Assembly (NCBI GenBank): GCA_963663275.1
Contig: OY760183.1
Span: 1,568,001 to 1,632,000 of the forward strand
From: Chloroflexota bacterium
GTDB lineage: Bacteria > Chloroflexota > UBA11872 > VXOZ01
DNA length: 64,000 bases
Direction: 5' to 3'
The translations under genes and the position numbers were made by a program. A model generated the notes under the pieces. The model was not told where the DNA came from and searched no databases. It saw only the letters and a program-made list of their open reading frames with translations. Shown in pieces: positions 19,777 through 29,243 of this stretch (positions within the stretch are counted from its first letter, which is position 1; each line of letters opens with the position of its first letter).

Positions 19777-20212
19777 TGCTCGTGATCTGCGCTGTGAAGA
19801 CTTCAACGGCCTTTAGCGTAGCGGCCAACTGCAATGTGCCGCTCACTCTCATCCTTGGAGAGTTGCTCCTGGCGGAAGCGGAGACGGCTGCAAAGCGGAT
19901 CAACTCATCGGGCAGAAACTCCATTGCCAGAACACCGGTTTCGCCAACCCGCCACTCGATTTGCGCCAGTCCGTCCGGACTGATGGCAATCTGAGGTTCA
20001 GGCAGTTGTCGTTCGCTCATGAGGAAATAGGCCAACTCTCGCATGGAGTGGAGCGCCATTGGCTGTTCATCCGGATCCTCTGCGGCAAGGCTCTGGAGGT
20101 AGCTGAGGCGATCCGCGACCTTGCCCAAGCCGTAGAACCTGAGCAAGGCAATGATGTCCGCTTGCTCCGCGGCCAGGGATAGTTCCTCTTTCCAAGAGAG
20201 TTTCTCAATCAA
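19754..20212 (-). CDS. Hypothetical protein, possible antitoxin/partner
   Basis: TTG start with GGAGG RBS; extended -10 TGATATAAT near 20271-20279; 'PQIAISPDG..IEW....LAMEF'. Confidence 0.6.
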   Translation of the reverse strand: MIEKLSWKEELSLAAEQADIIALLRFYGLGKVADRLSYLQSLAAEDPDEQPMALHSMRELAYFLMSERQLPEPQIAISPDGLAQIEWRVGETGVLAMEFLPDELIRFAAVSASARSNSPRMRVSGTLQLAATLKAVEVFTAQITSNAWQPAS

Positions 20213-20438
20213 AGCCTTAAACGCCTCCTAGAAGGACTAGTGATACTGCCCTATGGTTTTCTTGATTCGCATTATATCATCGAAAAGAAGACGAGCGTCA
20301 CGGGCATCTTGTTGGGGAGGCGATTCTCTTGACTGGGTACTACGGCACTCTTTGCCAACTGCCGTGCCGCTGTCGTAGGCTAGAGGGTACGGTTACGGCA
20401 CGACTATACTGCCAGAAGCAACGAGAAGAGCAAAGAAG

Positions 20439-21537
20439 ATGATCAAAGAACGCATTGCGGCCTTGAGCGCGCGCGCGGCGGAACTTCGGAGGCGCCTTTG
20501 ACCTGGCGGCGTGGGAAGCGGAGATTGGCGCACTGGAGGCGAAGTCGCTAGATCCCGGGCTTTGGGACGCGCCGGCCCGGGCGCAACAGGTGATGCAAAA
20601 GCTGGCCGGACTGCGCCGCCTGGTCGATGATTGGCGCGGGTTCTTCGATGACGTTGAGACCCTGGAAGAGCTTGCGGCCCTGGACGATCCGGCGCTGGAG
20701 ACGGAACTCGAGGCCGAGGTGAGCCGTCTGGAGGCGGAAGGCGAGAAGCGCGAAATCCAGACGCTCTTCCAGGGTTCGTATGACGAGCGGGACGCGCTGC
20801 TTTCCCTGCACGCCGGTGCGGGCGGCACCGATTCGCAGGACTGGGTGGAGATGCTCCTGCGCATGTATATCCGCTGGGCGGAGACGCACGCGCACAAGCC
20901 GGAAGTCCTGGATAGCACGCCCGGCGAAGAGGCCGGCATCAAGAGCGTCACCCTGCAAGTCAGCGGCCCGTATGCCTACGGCCGGCTCCGCTCTGAGCAC
21001 GGCGTGCACCGGCTGGTGCGGCTCTCGCCGTTCGACGCCAACAGCCGCCGCCACACCTCGTTCGCGCTGGTGGAGGCGCTGCCGGTGATCGATGACGACG
21101 TTACGGTTGAAATCAAGCCCGACGACGTGCGGCTGGATACATTTCGCGCCAGCGGGGCCGGCGGGCAGCACGTGAACAAGACGAGTTCCGCCGTGCGCAT
21201 TACCCACATTCCCACGGGTATCGTCATCTCCTGCCAGAATGAGCGTTCGCAACTGCAAAACCGCGAGGCGGCCATGCGCATCTTGCGGGCGCGCCTCCTG
21301 GAGCGCAGACTGCAAGCGCAGCGGGAGGAACAGGCGGCGCTGAAGGGCGAGCACACCAGCGCCGAGTGGGGCAACCAGATTCGCTCCTACGTGCTCCATC
21401 CGTACACGATGGTGAAAGACCTCCGCACCGGCGCGGAAACCGGCAATACCCGAGCGGTATTGGACGGCGCGATCGATGCGTTCATGGAGGCGTACCTGCG
21501 GCAAGAAGCCGAGAACCGGCCAAGACAGAGCGGGTAA
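20439..21537 (+). CDS. prfB: Peptide chain release factor 2 (+1 programmed frameshift)
   Basis: ATG 20439; GGAGG then CTT TGA C at 20496-20502; +1 frame has SPF and GGQ motifs. Confidence 0.97.
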
Positions 21538-21571
21538 GCGTTCCGATCATGGCTTTTGAGGTGTTTGAGCG

Positions 21572-22237
21572 ATGATTCCGGTGGTGTGCGTCGTCGGCAA
21601 GCACAACGCGGGCAAGACGACGCTGCTGGAGCGGCTGATTCCTTGTCTGCGGGAGCGCGGGCGGCGGGTGGCGGTGATCAAGCACGCGGCGCACGGCTTC
21701 GCGCTGGACCGCGAGGGCAGCGATTCGTGGCGTCTGGCCCAAACGGAGGCCGGCGCGGTGGTGGTCGGCGGGCCGGGGAGCGCCGCTGCTTTCATTCCTC
21801 TGCGGGATGATGCCTCGTTGCCGCACCTCCTGGGACTGCTGCCGCCGCTGGGGTTCGATCTCGCGCTGGTGGAGGGCTTCAAGCGGTCGGACTACCCCAA
21901 GATCGAGGTGCACCGCAGCGCGCTGGGGCCGGACTTAATTGTGCCGGTGGAGCACCTAGAGGCGGTCGTGAGCGACGGCGAGGGCGACTTCGGGGTTCCC
22001 GTTTTCGCTGCCGACGACGCGGCGGGACTGGCGGCTTTTCTGGATGAGCGCTACGTGCGCCCACGCCTGGAGCGCGACGCCATCCGCGTCACGGTGGACG
22101 GCGAGGAGGTACGGTTGAACGCCTTTGCCAGCGCGGTGATTGCCGGCGGGATTCAGGGCATGTTGTCCGCGCTCAAAGGCGTCGGCGAACCGGAGACTGT
22201 CCGCATTGAATTGCGCCGCGGGCGGAGAGACACGTAG
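21572..22237 (+). CDS. mobB: Molybdopterin-guanine dinucleotide biosynthesis protein B
   Basis: 'VGKHNAGKTTL', 'VAVIKH', 'VEGFK', 'PKIEV'. Confidence 0.9.
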   Translation: MIPVVCVVGKHNAGKTTLLERLIPCLRERGRRVAVIKHAAHGFALDREGSDSWRLAQTEAGAVVVGGPGSAAAFIPLRDDASLPHLLGLLPPLGFDLALVEGFKRSDYPKIEVHRSALGPDLIVPVEHLEAVVSDGEGDFGVPVFAADDAAGLAAFLDERYVRPRLERDAIRVTVDGEEVRLNAFASAVIAGGIQGMLSALKGVGEPETVRIELRRGRRDT

Positions 22238-22257
22238 CGCGGGGGCTCGTCCCCCGC
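22234..22257 (+). repeat. GTAG-type REP, GTAGCGCGGGGGCTYGTCCCCCGC family
   Basis: Near-identical copies at 56831-56854 and 62573-62596. Confidence 0.75.
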
Positions 22258-22266
22258 CAGAGTAAG

Positions 22267-22307
22267 AAAGGCGTAGGGGCACGACATGTCGTGCCCCTAC
22301 GCCTTTT
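22267..22307. terminator. GTAG-type REP palindrome probably acting as bidirectional terminator between convergent mobB and leuA
   Basis: AAAGGCGTAGGGGCACGAC-AT-GTCGTGCCCCTACGCCTTTT. Confidence 0.7.
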
Positions 22308-22322
22308 GGCCGAACCGGACGT

Positions 22323-23900
22323 TCAGGACGTGGGCGCAGCCTCGGCGGCCGCGGCGGCCAGCGGCGCGCCGTCTCCCTGCGTTTCAGCGGCGTTCTGCGC
22401 CGAGATGTGCTTATTGAGGGCGTTCATGTAGGCTTTCGCGCTGGCGACCACGATGTCGGTGTCCGCGCCGTAGCCGGTCACGGAGACCCCCTCGCTTTCC
22501 AGGCGGATGCTCACCTCGCCTTGGGCGTCGATGCCTTCCGTAACGGCCTGCACGCGAAACTCGGTGAGGTTGGCCGGCACGTTGATGATGCGGTCGATGG
22601 CCTTGCAGACCGCGTCCACCGGCCCATCGCCCAGCGCCGCATCCTCGAAGACCCGCTCCTGGTCATCCACGATGCGCACGGTGGCCGTGGGGATGCTCTT
22701 ATCGCCGCAACTCACCTGCACGTGGTCCAGATGGAAGTACTCCTTGGCGTGCAGCACGTCGCTGGAGAGCAGCGCCTCGATGTCGCGCGCCGTGACGTTG
22801 CGCCGCTTGTCGGCCAGGTCCTTGAAGCGGTCGAAGGCTTCCTGGAACTCCTGCTCGTTCAGGCGGTAGCCCATCTTGGCAAGCTGGTCGCGGAAGGCGT
22901 GGCGGCCGCTGGTCTTGCCGAGCACGATGCGGCTGCCGCCCATGCCCACGCTTTCGGGCGTCATGATTTCGTAGGTCTGCCGGTCTTTCAGCATCCCGTC
23001 CTGGTGCAGGCCGGATGAATGAGCAAAGGCATTTGCGCCGACGATAGCCTTGTTGGGCTGCACCGGCATGTGCATGAGTTCGCTCACCATGCGGCTGGTG
23101 CGGTAGATTTCTTCAGTGTTGATACGATGCTCGACCTTGAAGAAGTCCTTGCGCACGGTGGTATTCATCACCACCTCTTCCAGGGAAGCGTTCCCCGCGC
23201 GCTCGCCAACGCCGTTGAGCGTGCACTCAATCTGATCCACACCGTTCAGAATGGCGATCAGCGAGTTCGCGTTGGCCTGGCCCAGGTCGTTGTGGCAGTG
23301 CACGGAGAGCGTAATGTCGTCGATGCCCGGCGTGTGCGCGCGGAGGTACTGCAAGAGTTCCGCAAACTCGTCCGGCTGGGTGTAGCCCATGGTGTCGGGC
23401 ACGTTGATGACCTTGGCCCCCGCCGCAATCGCGTCGCCGAACAACTGACACAGATAGTCCCAATCGCTGCGGGTAGCGTCCATTGCCGAGAACTCGACGT
23501 TGGAACAGTAGCCGACGGCTTGCTCGACGCACGCCACCGCGGCCTCGCGCACTTCCTGGCGCGTCATGCGCAGTTGGCGCTCCAGGTGGATGTCGCTGGA
23601 CGAAATGAAGACGTGGATGCGGGGCGCTTCACCTTCCTTGATGGCCTCCCAGGCGGCCTCGACTTGGTCGGGCTTGAAGCCGGAGAGGGCGCAAATCTGA
23701 ACGTCGCGCAGTTTCTCCGCCAGGAGTTGCACCGCCTGGAAATCGCCGGGCGAGGTGCGGGGAAAGCCGGCCTCGAGAATATCGACGCCGAGGCGTTCCA
23801 GTTGCTGCCCCAGATACAGCTTCTCATCTACCGTCAAAGACCCGCCCGCCGCTTGCTCGCCGTCGCGCAGGGTGGTATCGAAGATTTGCAGGGTTCGCAT
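22323..23900 (-). CDS. leuA: 2-isopropylmalate synthase
   Basis: 'FDTTLRDGEQ', 'HCHNDLG', 'GERAGN', 'HSSGLHQDG', regulatory domain 'GDGPVDA'. Confidence 0.97.
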   Translation of the reverse strand: MRTLQIFDTTLRDGEQAAGGSLTVDEKLYLGQQLERLGVDILEAGFPRTSPGDFQAVQLLAEKLRDVQICALSGFKPDQVEAAWEAIKEGEAPRIHVFISSSDIHLERQLRMTRQEVREAAVACVEQAVGYCSNVEFSAMDATRSDWDYLCQLFGDAIAAGAKVINVPDTMGYTQPDEFAELLQYLRAHTPGIDDITLSVHCHNDLGQANANSLIAILNGVDQIECTLNGVGERAGNASLEEVVMNTTVRKDFFKVEHRINTEEIYRTSRMVSELMHMPVQPNKAIVGANAFAHSSGLHQDGMLKDRQTYEIMTPESVGMGGSRIVLGKTSGRHAFRDQLAKMGYRLNEQEFQEAFDRFKDLADKRRNVTARDIEALLSSDVLHAKEYFHLDHVQVSCGDKSIPTATVRIVDDQERVFEDAALGDGPVDAVCKAIDRIINVPANLTEFRVQAVTEGIDAQGEVSIRLESEGVSVTGYGADTDIVVASAKAYMNALNKHISAQNAAETQGDGAPLAAAAAEAAPTS

Positions 23901-24125
23901 ATTGATTCAAGTCCTTCATGCCTTGTTGAGATCGACTACGTGCCCAAGCGCACGTCAACCACTACTGACGCAAGGCATGGCAAGCGGGCAGGCCCGCCAG
24001 CAAACCAAGGCAGTTACGCCCTGGCGCCGGAAGGGCCTGAGACCACTCTCCTGTTCGACTACACGTGGCGGCAGTGAAAAAGGCGGATACCGCAGTATCT
24101 CCATCGCTTGTAATCCTTCTAAGAG

Positions 24126-24250
24126 CGCTTTGCGTAACTCTGACGAATACAGGCCATGTGCCCGGAACGGTGAAGTTCTCCCCCCTCACCCCGGCCCTCT
24201 CCCCAGGGAGAGGGTGACGTTTCGCCTGCCGGCGTGAGTTGCGCAAAGCG
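24126..24250. mobile_element. MITE-like element: 15-bp terminal inverted repeats enclosing a CCCTCACCCC-type palindrome
   Basis: CGCTTTGCGTAACTC (24126-24140) vs GAGTTGCGCAAAGCG (24236-24250), 14/15 complementary; palindrome at 24183-24214. Confidence 0.5.
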
Positions 24251-24286
24251 TATCCCGCATGTGATACGGGATCTTCTCACAGGTGT

Positions 24287-25282
24287 CTACTTCGGGTCGA
24301 GCCACGGCATCATGGCGCGCAGGTTCTTGCCCACGGTTTCGATTTGGTGCGACTTATCCATTTCGCGGTAGGCGTTGAAGGCCGGGCGGCCGGCCATGTT
24401 CTCCAGGATCCACTCGCGGGCGAACTCGCCGTTCTGGATTTCGCGCAGGATGCCCTGCATCTTCTCACGCACGTGGTCGTCCACCACGCGGGGGCCGCGG
24501 CTGTAGTCGCCGTACTCGGCGGTTTCGCTCACCGAGTAGCGCATATAGTTGAGGCCGCCCTGGTAGAAGAGGTCCACGATGAGCTTGAGTTCGTGCATGC
24601 ACTCGAAGTAGGCGATTTCCGGCTGGTAGCCGGCTTCCACGAGCGTCTCGAACGCCATCTTGACCAGCGCGCTCACGCCGCCGCAGAGGACGGTCTGCTC
24701 GCCAAAGAGGTCGGTTTCCGTTTCCTCTTTGAAGGTCGTATTCAGCACACCGGCGCGGGTGCAGCCGATGCCGCGCGCGTAGGCCAGGGTCAGTTCGCGG
24801 GCGTTGCCGCTGGCGTCCTGCTGGATGGCGAGGAGGCCGGGCACGCCGTTGCCTTCCTCGAACGTGGCTCTCATGCGGTGTCCCGGCGCTTTCGGCGCGA
24901 CCATGCTCACGTCTACGACGGCGGGCGGGACGATCTGCTGGAAGTGGATGTTGAACCCATGCGCGAAGAGGAGCATCTGGCCGGCGCGCAGGTGCGGCGC
25001 GATGGCCTCCTGGTAGAGGCTGGGCTGCACGGTGTCGGGCGCGAGCATCATGATGAGGTCGGCCTGCTGCGCCACCGCTTCGGTGGTGCCGACGCCGAGC
25101 CCGTCGCTCTCCACTTTCGACCAGGAGCGGCTGCCTTCGTAGAGGCCCACCATGACGTTGCAGCCGCTGTCGCGCAGGTTCAGCGCGTGGGCGTGCCCCT
25201 GGCTGCCGTAGCCAATGATGCCGATCGTCTTGTCATTGAGCAGATCGATATTCGCGTCTTCGTCGTAGTAGACCTGAACCAC
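24287..25282 (-). CDS. ilvC: Ketol-acid reductoisomerase
   Basis: '[19 protein letters not shown]', '[16 protein letters not shown]', '[10 protein letters not shown]'. Confidence 0.98.
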   Translation of the reverse strand: MVQVYYDEDANIDLLNDKTIGIIGYGSQGHAHALNLRDSGCNVMVGLYEGSRSWSKVESDGLGVGTTEAVAQQADLIMMLAPDTVQPSLYQEAIAPHLRAGQMLLFAHGFNIHFQQIVPPAVVDVSMVAPKAPGHRMRATFEEGNGVPGLLAIQQDASGNARELTLAYARGIGCTRAGVLNTTFKEETETDLFGEQTVLCGGVSALVKMAFETLVEAGYQPEIAYFECMHELKLIVDLFYQGGLNYMRYSVSETAEYGDYSRGPRVVDDHVREKMQGILREIQNGEFAREWILENMAGRPAFNAYREMDKSHQIETVGKNLRAMMPWLDPK

Positions 25283-25384
25283 GGTTCCCTCTCTTCACTC
25301 TGCAAATGTGTCGTTACCTTAGAGGACGGATAGCCAACAGTGAAAGACAGAGTGCCGACCTCCGTCACACCCGAGTCCATTCCG

Positions 25385-25453
25385 TCATTCCGGCGAAAGC
25401 CGGAATCCATCTTTGCCGCGCGCACCCTGGATTCCGGCTTTCGCCGGAATGAC
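25385..25453. repeat. Inverted pair of GTCATTCCGGCGAAAGCCGGAATCCA palindromes
   Basis: Copy at 25385-25409 and reverse copy at 25428-25453; third copy at 51616. Confidence 0.8.
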
Positions 25454-25594
25454 AGCAAAGAAGCCGGAGTGACGGTCGAGGAGTCTCATGCCTTTCTTCT
25501 TTGTTTTCCTGCTTGGCCTGGGCAAGGCCACGGTGATGGCTGTTCGAGAAACGGGCCACCTCTAAGCTATGAGGCGGCCCACGCCTGGCGCTCA

Positions 25595-25628
25595 CCCTCA
25601 CCCTAACCCTCTCCCTCAGGGAGAGGGG
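25595..25628 (+). repeat. CCCTCACCC..CCCTCTCCC/GGGAGAGGG REP-like palindrome
   Basis: Same family at 24183, 31272 (split by IS), 32773 (reverse) and 49161 (reverse). Confidence 0.8.
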
Positions 25629-25760
25629 ATAATCTCGGAGCCGATTCACCAGCCAAAGCCATCAGCCAAGGCTAAGTATCTGCCGTTGCTATCAGTTGCA
25701 ACTGTCAGCCAAGGCTGTGTGCCTGGGCTAACTGGAAGCGCTTCCAGGCTATCGCATACG

Positions 25761-26282
25761 CTATGCGGCCGGGCCCTCGTGGGCCAGGACCGAGGGCGAC
25801 GGCATGGCGCGTCCGCGCACCATGGCGACCTCGCCGGTGCGGCTCAGTTCCAGGATGCCGTAGGGGCGGATGATCTCGACGAACGAGTCGATCTTATCCT
25901 CGTCTCCGGTAATCTCCAGAATGATGCTGCCGGGCGAGACGTCCACCACTTGCGCGCGGTAGACGTTGGCGAGTTGCAGAATCTCGGTGCGCTTCATCTC
26001 CGGCGCGGCGATCTTGGCCAGGGCCATTTCGCGCGAGACGTGGCGCTGCTCGGTGACGTCCGTCACCGCAACCACCTCGATCAGCTTCTCCAACTGCCGC
26101 GCCACCTGGATCGATTCCTTGTGGTCTTCCGCCACCACGATTGTCATGCGGGAGATGCCCGGCCGGTGCGAGTGGCCGACGGCCAGGCTCTCGATGTTGT
26201 AGCCGCGCTTGCGGAAGAGGCTGGCAATGCGGTTCAGGACGCCGGGATGGTCCTCGACGTCCGCGATGAGGACGTGTCTCAT
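25761..26282 (-). CDS. ilvN: Acetolactate synthase small subunit
   Basis: ACT domain 'VEDHPGVLNRIASLFRKRGYNIESLAVG'; 'ELSRTG'. Confidence 0.96.
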   Translation of the reverse strand: MRHVLIADVEDHPGVLNRIASLFRKRGYNIESLAVGHSHRPGISRMTIVVAEDHKESIQVARQLEKLIEVVAVTDVTEQRHVSREMALAKIAAPEMKRTEILQLANVYRAQVVDVSPGSIILEITGDEDKIDSFVEIIRPYGILELSRTGEVAMVRGRAMPSPSVLAHEGPAA

Positions 26283-27982
26283 GCGTACCTCGCTTCTTCC
26301 ACGGCGTCGCCTTCAATCGTCTCGGCCAGGCTGGAGCCGGCCGGCACCATGGGGTAGACTTTTTCCACTTCGTCCACCACCAGATCGAGCACCACCGGTC
26401 CGGGGATCTTCTCCGCCTCTTTCAGCACCTTGAGCACGTCGGCCTTGTTCGAGGCGCGCAGGCCCGGCAGGCCGTAGGCCTCGGCCAGCTTGACGAAGTC
26501 CGGGTTCTCCAGCTTGGCGCTGATGAAGCGGCTATCGTAGAAGAGCGTCTGCCACTGGCGAATCATGCCGAGGTGGTTGTTGTTGATGATGGCGATCTTC
26601 ACGTCCACGTTGTGCTCTTTGACGACCGCCAGGTCTTGCAGCGTCATCTGGAAGCCGCCGTCGCCGATGATGCACCACACCTGCTCGTTGGGGCGCGCGT
26701 ACTTGACGCCGATGGAGGCCGGGAAGGCGTAGCCCATCGCGCCGAGGCCGCCGGACGAGAAGAAGGTGTTGCGCCGGTCGTACCAGAAGTGCTGCGCGGC
26801 CCACATTTGCGCCTGGCCCACGTCCGTGACCACCACCGCCTCGCCGTTGGTGATGTGGTAGATCTGGCGAATGACCCACTGGGGCAGGACGATGTCGGTC
26901 TCGCGGATGGCGAGGCTGGGATGCTCCTCGCGCCACTCGCGGATCTGATTGACCCACGGCGAGTGGTCAAGCTGGTCGATTTCGTCGATCATGGCGCGGA
27001 TGGTGGGCTTCAGGTCGGCCACGATGCCCACGTCGGTGGCCACGTTCTTGCCGATTTCCGCCGGGTCGATGTCCACGTGGATGATGCGCGCGCTGGTGGC
27101 GAAGTCTTCCAGCCGCCCGGTCACGCGGTCGTCGAAGCGCATGCCCAGGGAGATGAGCAGGTCGGCGCGGTCTACGGCCCAGTTGGCGTAGAGATTGCCG
27201 TGCATGCCCACCATGCCGAACGAGAGTTCATGGCTCTCCGGGAAGGACGAAACGCCGTGGAGCGTGGTGATGACGGGTATGTTCGCCTTCTCCGCGAACG
27301 CCAGCAGTTCGTCATACGCGCCGGAATAGTGGATGCCGTGGCCGGCCAGGATGATCGGCTTCTCAGCGCCGTGAATCACCTCCGCGGCGGCGCGCACGAG
27401 CGTGGGGTCGGGCTGGGTGCCTTCCTCCGGGTTGTAGCCGGGGATGTTGGGCGGCGGAAAGCCGTCGAACTCGACCTCTTCCAGGTAGACGTCCTTGGGC
27501 ACGTCCACCTGCACCGGCCCCTTGCGGCCGGTGTTGGCGATGTAGAAGGCCTCTTCCATCACGCGGGGGAGTTCCTCGGCGTTCATCACCAGCCAGTTGT
27601 GCTTGGTGACGGGCAGCATGACGCCGGTGGCGTCGGTTTCCTGAAAGCCGTCGGTGCCCAGCAGGTTGCGCGGCACCTGGCCGGTGAGGGCCACCACGGG
27701 CACGGAATCCATGTGGGCGCCGGCAATGCCGGTGACGAGATTGGTGACGCCCGGGCCGCTGGTGGCGATGCAGACGCCCACGTCGCCGCTGGCGCGGGCG
27801 TAGCCGTCGGCGGCAAAGGCCGCGCCTTGCTCGTGGCGCACCAGGATGTGGTTGAGCCGGTCCTGGTAATGATAGAGGGCGTCGTAGAGGGGCAGGCACG
27901 CGCCGCCGGGATACCCGAATACGGTGTGCACGCCGTGCGCCACCAAGCTATCCAAGATGATCTGTGCTCCGGTCCGTTTCAT
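26279..27982 (-). CDS. ilvB: Acetolactate synthase large subunit
   Basis: 'FGYPGG', 'RHEQGA', 'TSGPG', 'RFDDRVTG', TPP motif 'GDGGFQM..NN..LGM'. Confidence 0.97.
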   Translation of the reverse strand: MKRTGAQIILDSLVAHGVHTVFGYPGGACLPLYDALYHYQDRLNHILVRHEQGAAFAADGYARASGDVGVCIATSGPGVTNLVTGIAGAHMDSVPVVALTGQVPRNLLGTDGFQETDATGVMLPVTKHNWLVMNAEELPRVMEEAFYIANTGRKGPVQVDVPKDVYLEEVEFDGFPPPNIPGYNPEEGTQPDPTLVRAAAEVIHGAEKPIILAGHGIHYSGAYDELLAFAEKANIPVITTLHGVSSFPESHELSFGMVGMHGNLYANWAVDRADLLISLGMRFDDRVTGRLEDFATSARIIHVDIDPAEIGKNVATDVGIVADLKPTIRAMIDEIDQLDHSPWVNQIREWREEHPSLAIRETDIVLPQWVIRQIYHITNGEAVVVTDVGQAQMWAAQHFWYDRRNTFFSSGGLGAMGYAFPASIGVKYARPNEQVWCIIGDGGFQMTLQDLAVVKEHNVDVKIAIINNNHLGMIRQWQTLFYDSRFISAKLENPDFVKLAEAYGLPGLRASNKADVLKVLKEAEKIPGPVVLDLVVDEVEKVYPMVPAGSSLAETIEGDAVEEARYA

Positions 27983-28263
27983 CTGCTCCCTACCTTCTCC
28001 TTCACTTGAGCGAAATCTCGCCATTGCTATGCAGTGTACTACGTTGGGCGGCGGCGCGCCCGCCACGGGCGTGGAACGCCGCGTCTTCTTGCCTCATGCC
28101 TCCGCTATCGCCGCTGTGCCGATCCACTTCATGATACTCGTCACACCGGCCGTTGTTAAGGGATTGCCCGCACGGCCCGCAATTGGCCCTTCGACACGCT
28201 CAGGGCTTGCCCCGTACGCGATACGGGGGCGAACGGCGCTCATGCGCGCAACCTGAAGTCTCC

Positions 28264-28608
28264 TCATGCTACGGCAATGCCAAACTTGGCCAACACCCGC
28301 CGCACGACGAAATAGAGCGCCACCAGCGTCCAGCCCAGCGCGAACTCCGCGGCCAAGAGGAACGGGCTCGCGCGCCATAGCTGCGCCAGCGTGCGCTCGG
28401 CGGCTGGCCAACTACCCTCTACCATACCAGTAATCAGCGCGATGGGGATGCCCAAGAGCACGAGGGCGAGCACGCCCAAGACGAGAATCGCCCCGGAGAG
28501 CGCCAGCGCGCCCAGCAGCAGCGCTCGCTTGCTCCAGCGATAGGCCGCGGTGTCCGGCTCGGTCTCGATTTGCAGGTCTACGGAAGATTCCGGAATGGCG
28601 TCGAACAT
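28264..28608 (-). CDS. Small hypothetical membrane protein
   Basis: Two long hydrophobic segments; lies between the attenuator and ilvB. Confidence 0.55.
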   Translation of the reverse strand: MFDAIPESSVDLQIETEPDTAAYRWSKRALLLGALALSGAILVLGVLALVLLGIPIALITGMVEGSWPAAERTLAQLWRASPFLLAAEFALGWTLVALYFVVRRVLAKFGIAVA

Positions 28609-28644
28609 CGTGTCTGCTGCCTGGCTGCGCCTGAGGCGCGTCTA

Positions 28645-28682
28645 CAAAAAAACCCGTCCCTTTCGCGTGGGGACGGGCATCC
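28645..28682 (-). terminator. Attenuator terminator of the ilv operon
   Basis: Minus strand GCCCGTCCC-CACGCGAAA-GGGACGGGTTTTTTT; antiterminator GGGACGGCAGCATCC near 28817-28831. Confidence 0.8.
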
Positions 28683-28868
28683 GCAATCTCAACTGCAATA
28701 CGTACAGTATGTTTCGTTCTCTAGCCGCCTGCGCGCCGTCCGCGCCGGAATGCCTGTGCGAACTGTCCGGCGAGATGAATTCCGGTTGCGCGTCGCGCCG
28801 CTATGCGTGGCGCTGGGGATGCTGCCGTCCCGCTGGTGGTGGTGTGAGTGTTATCATTCTTGCGCCGC

Positions 28869-28964
28869 CTAGGCGGCTACAAGAATCATCAACACGAGCG
28901 GCCACAATTCAGGCGTGTGGCCGCCGCGTAGCGCGAGGTTTCGGCTGTCCGCAGCGCGGTTCAT
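28869..28964 (-). CDS. ilv leader peptide (31 aa)
   Basis: MNRAADSRNLALRGGHTPELWPLVLMILVAA with a Leu/Val/Ile run; promoter TTGACG-16-TATACT at 29048-29021. Confidence 0.7.
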   Translation of the reverse strand: MNRAADSRNLALRGGHTPELWPLVLMILVAA

Positions 28965-29243
28965 AGTCGCGTTTCTTGCCTCTACCGTTTCACGTGCTTC
29001 GACTCTCTGTGCGTACGTTAAGTATAGCGAATTCGGCGGCGGCGTCAAGTGCGCCGGACGGAAGTAGTTGACAACAATTCGCAGATTCTGGTAGCTTTTG
29101 ACGTAGGCGGCGAGCGTTGTTCGCTTCGCCGGTAGGCGCGCCCCATTGCTTCTCAGCGAGGATCGAGCGGCGGGAGCGCGTGCCTTCACTCAATACGCAA
29201 CCACACCGCAAGCGCGCGCCGCGTTTGGAAAGAGGATTACATA

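Noticed and set aside
28640-28870. T-box riboswitch upstream of ilv
   Set aside because: No TGGNACCGCG motif before the terminator; a leader peptide explains the structure
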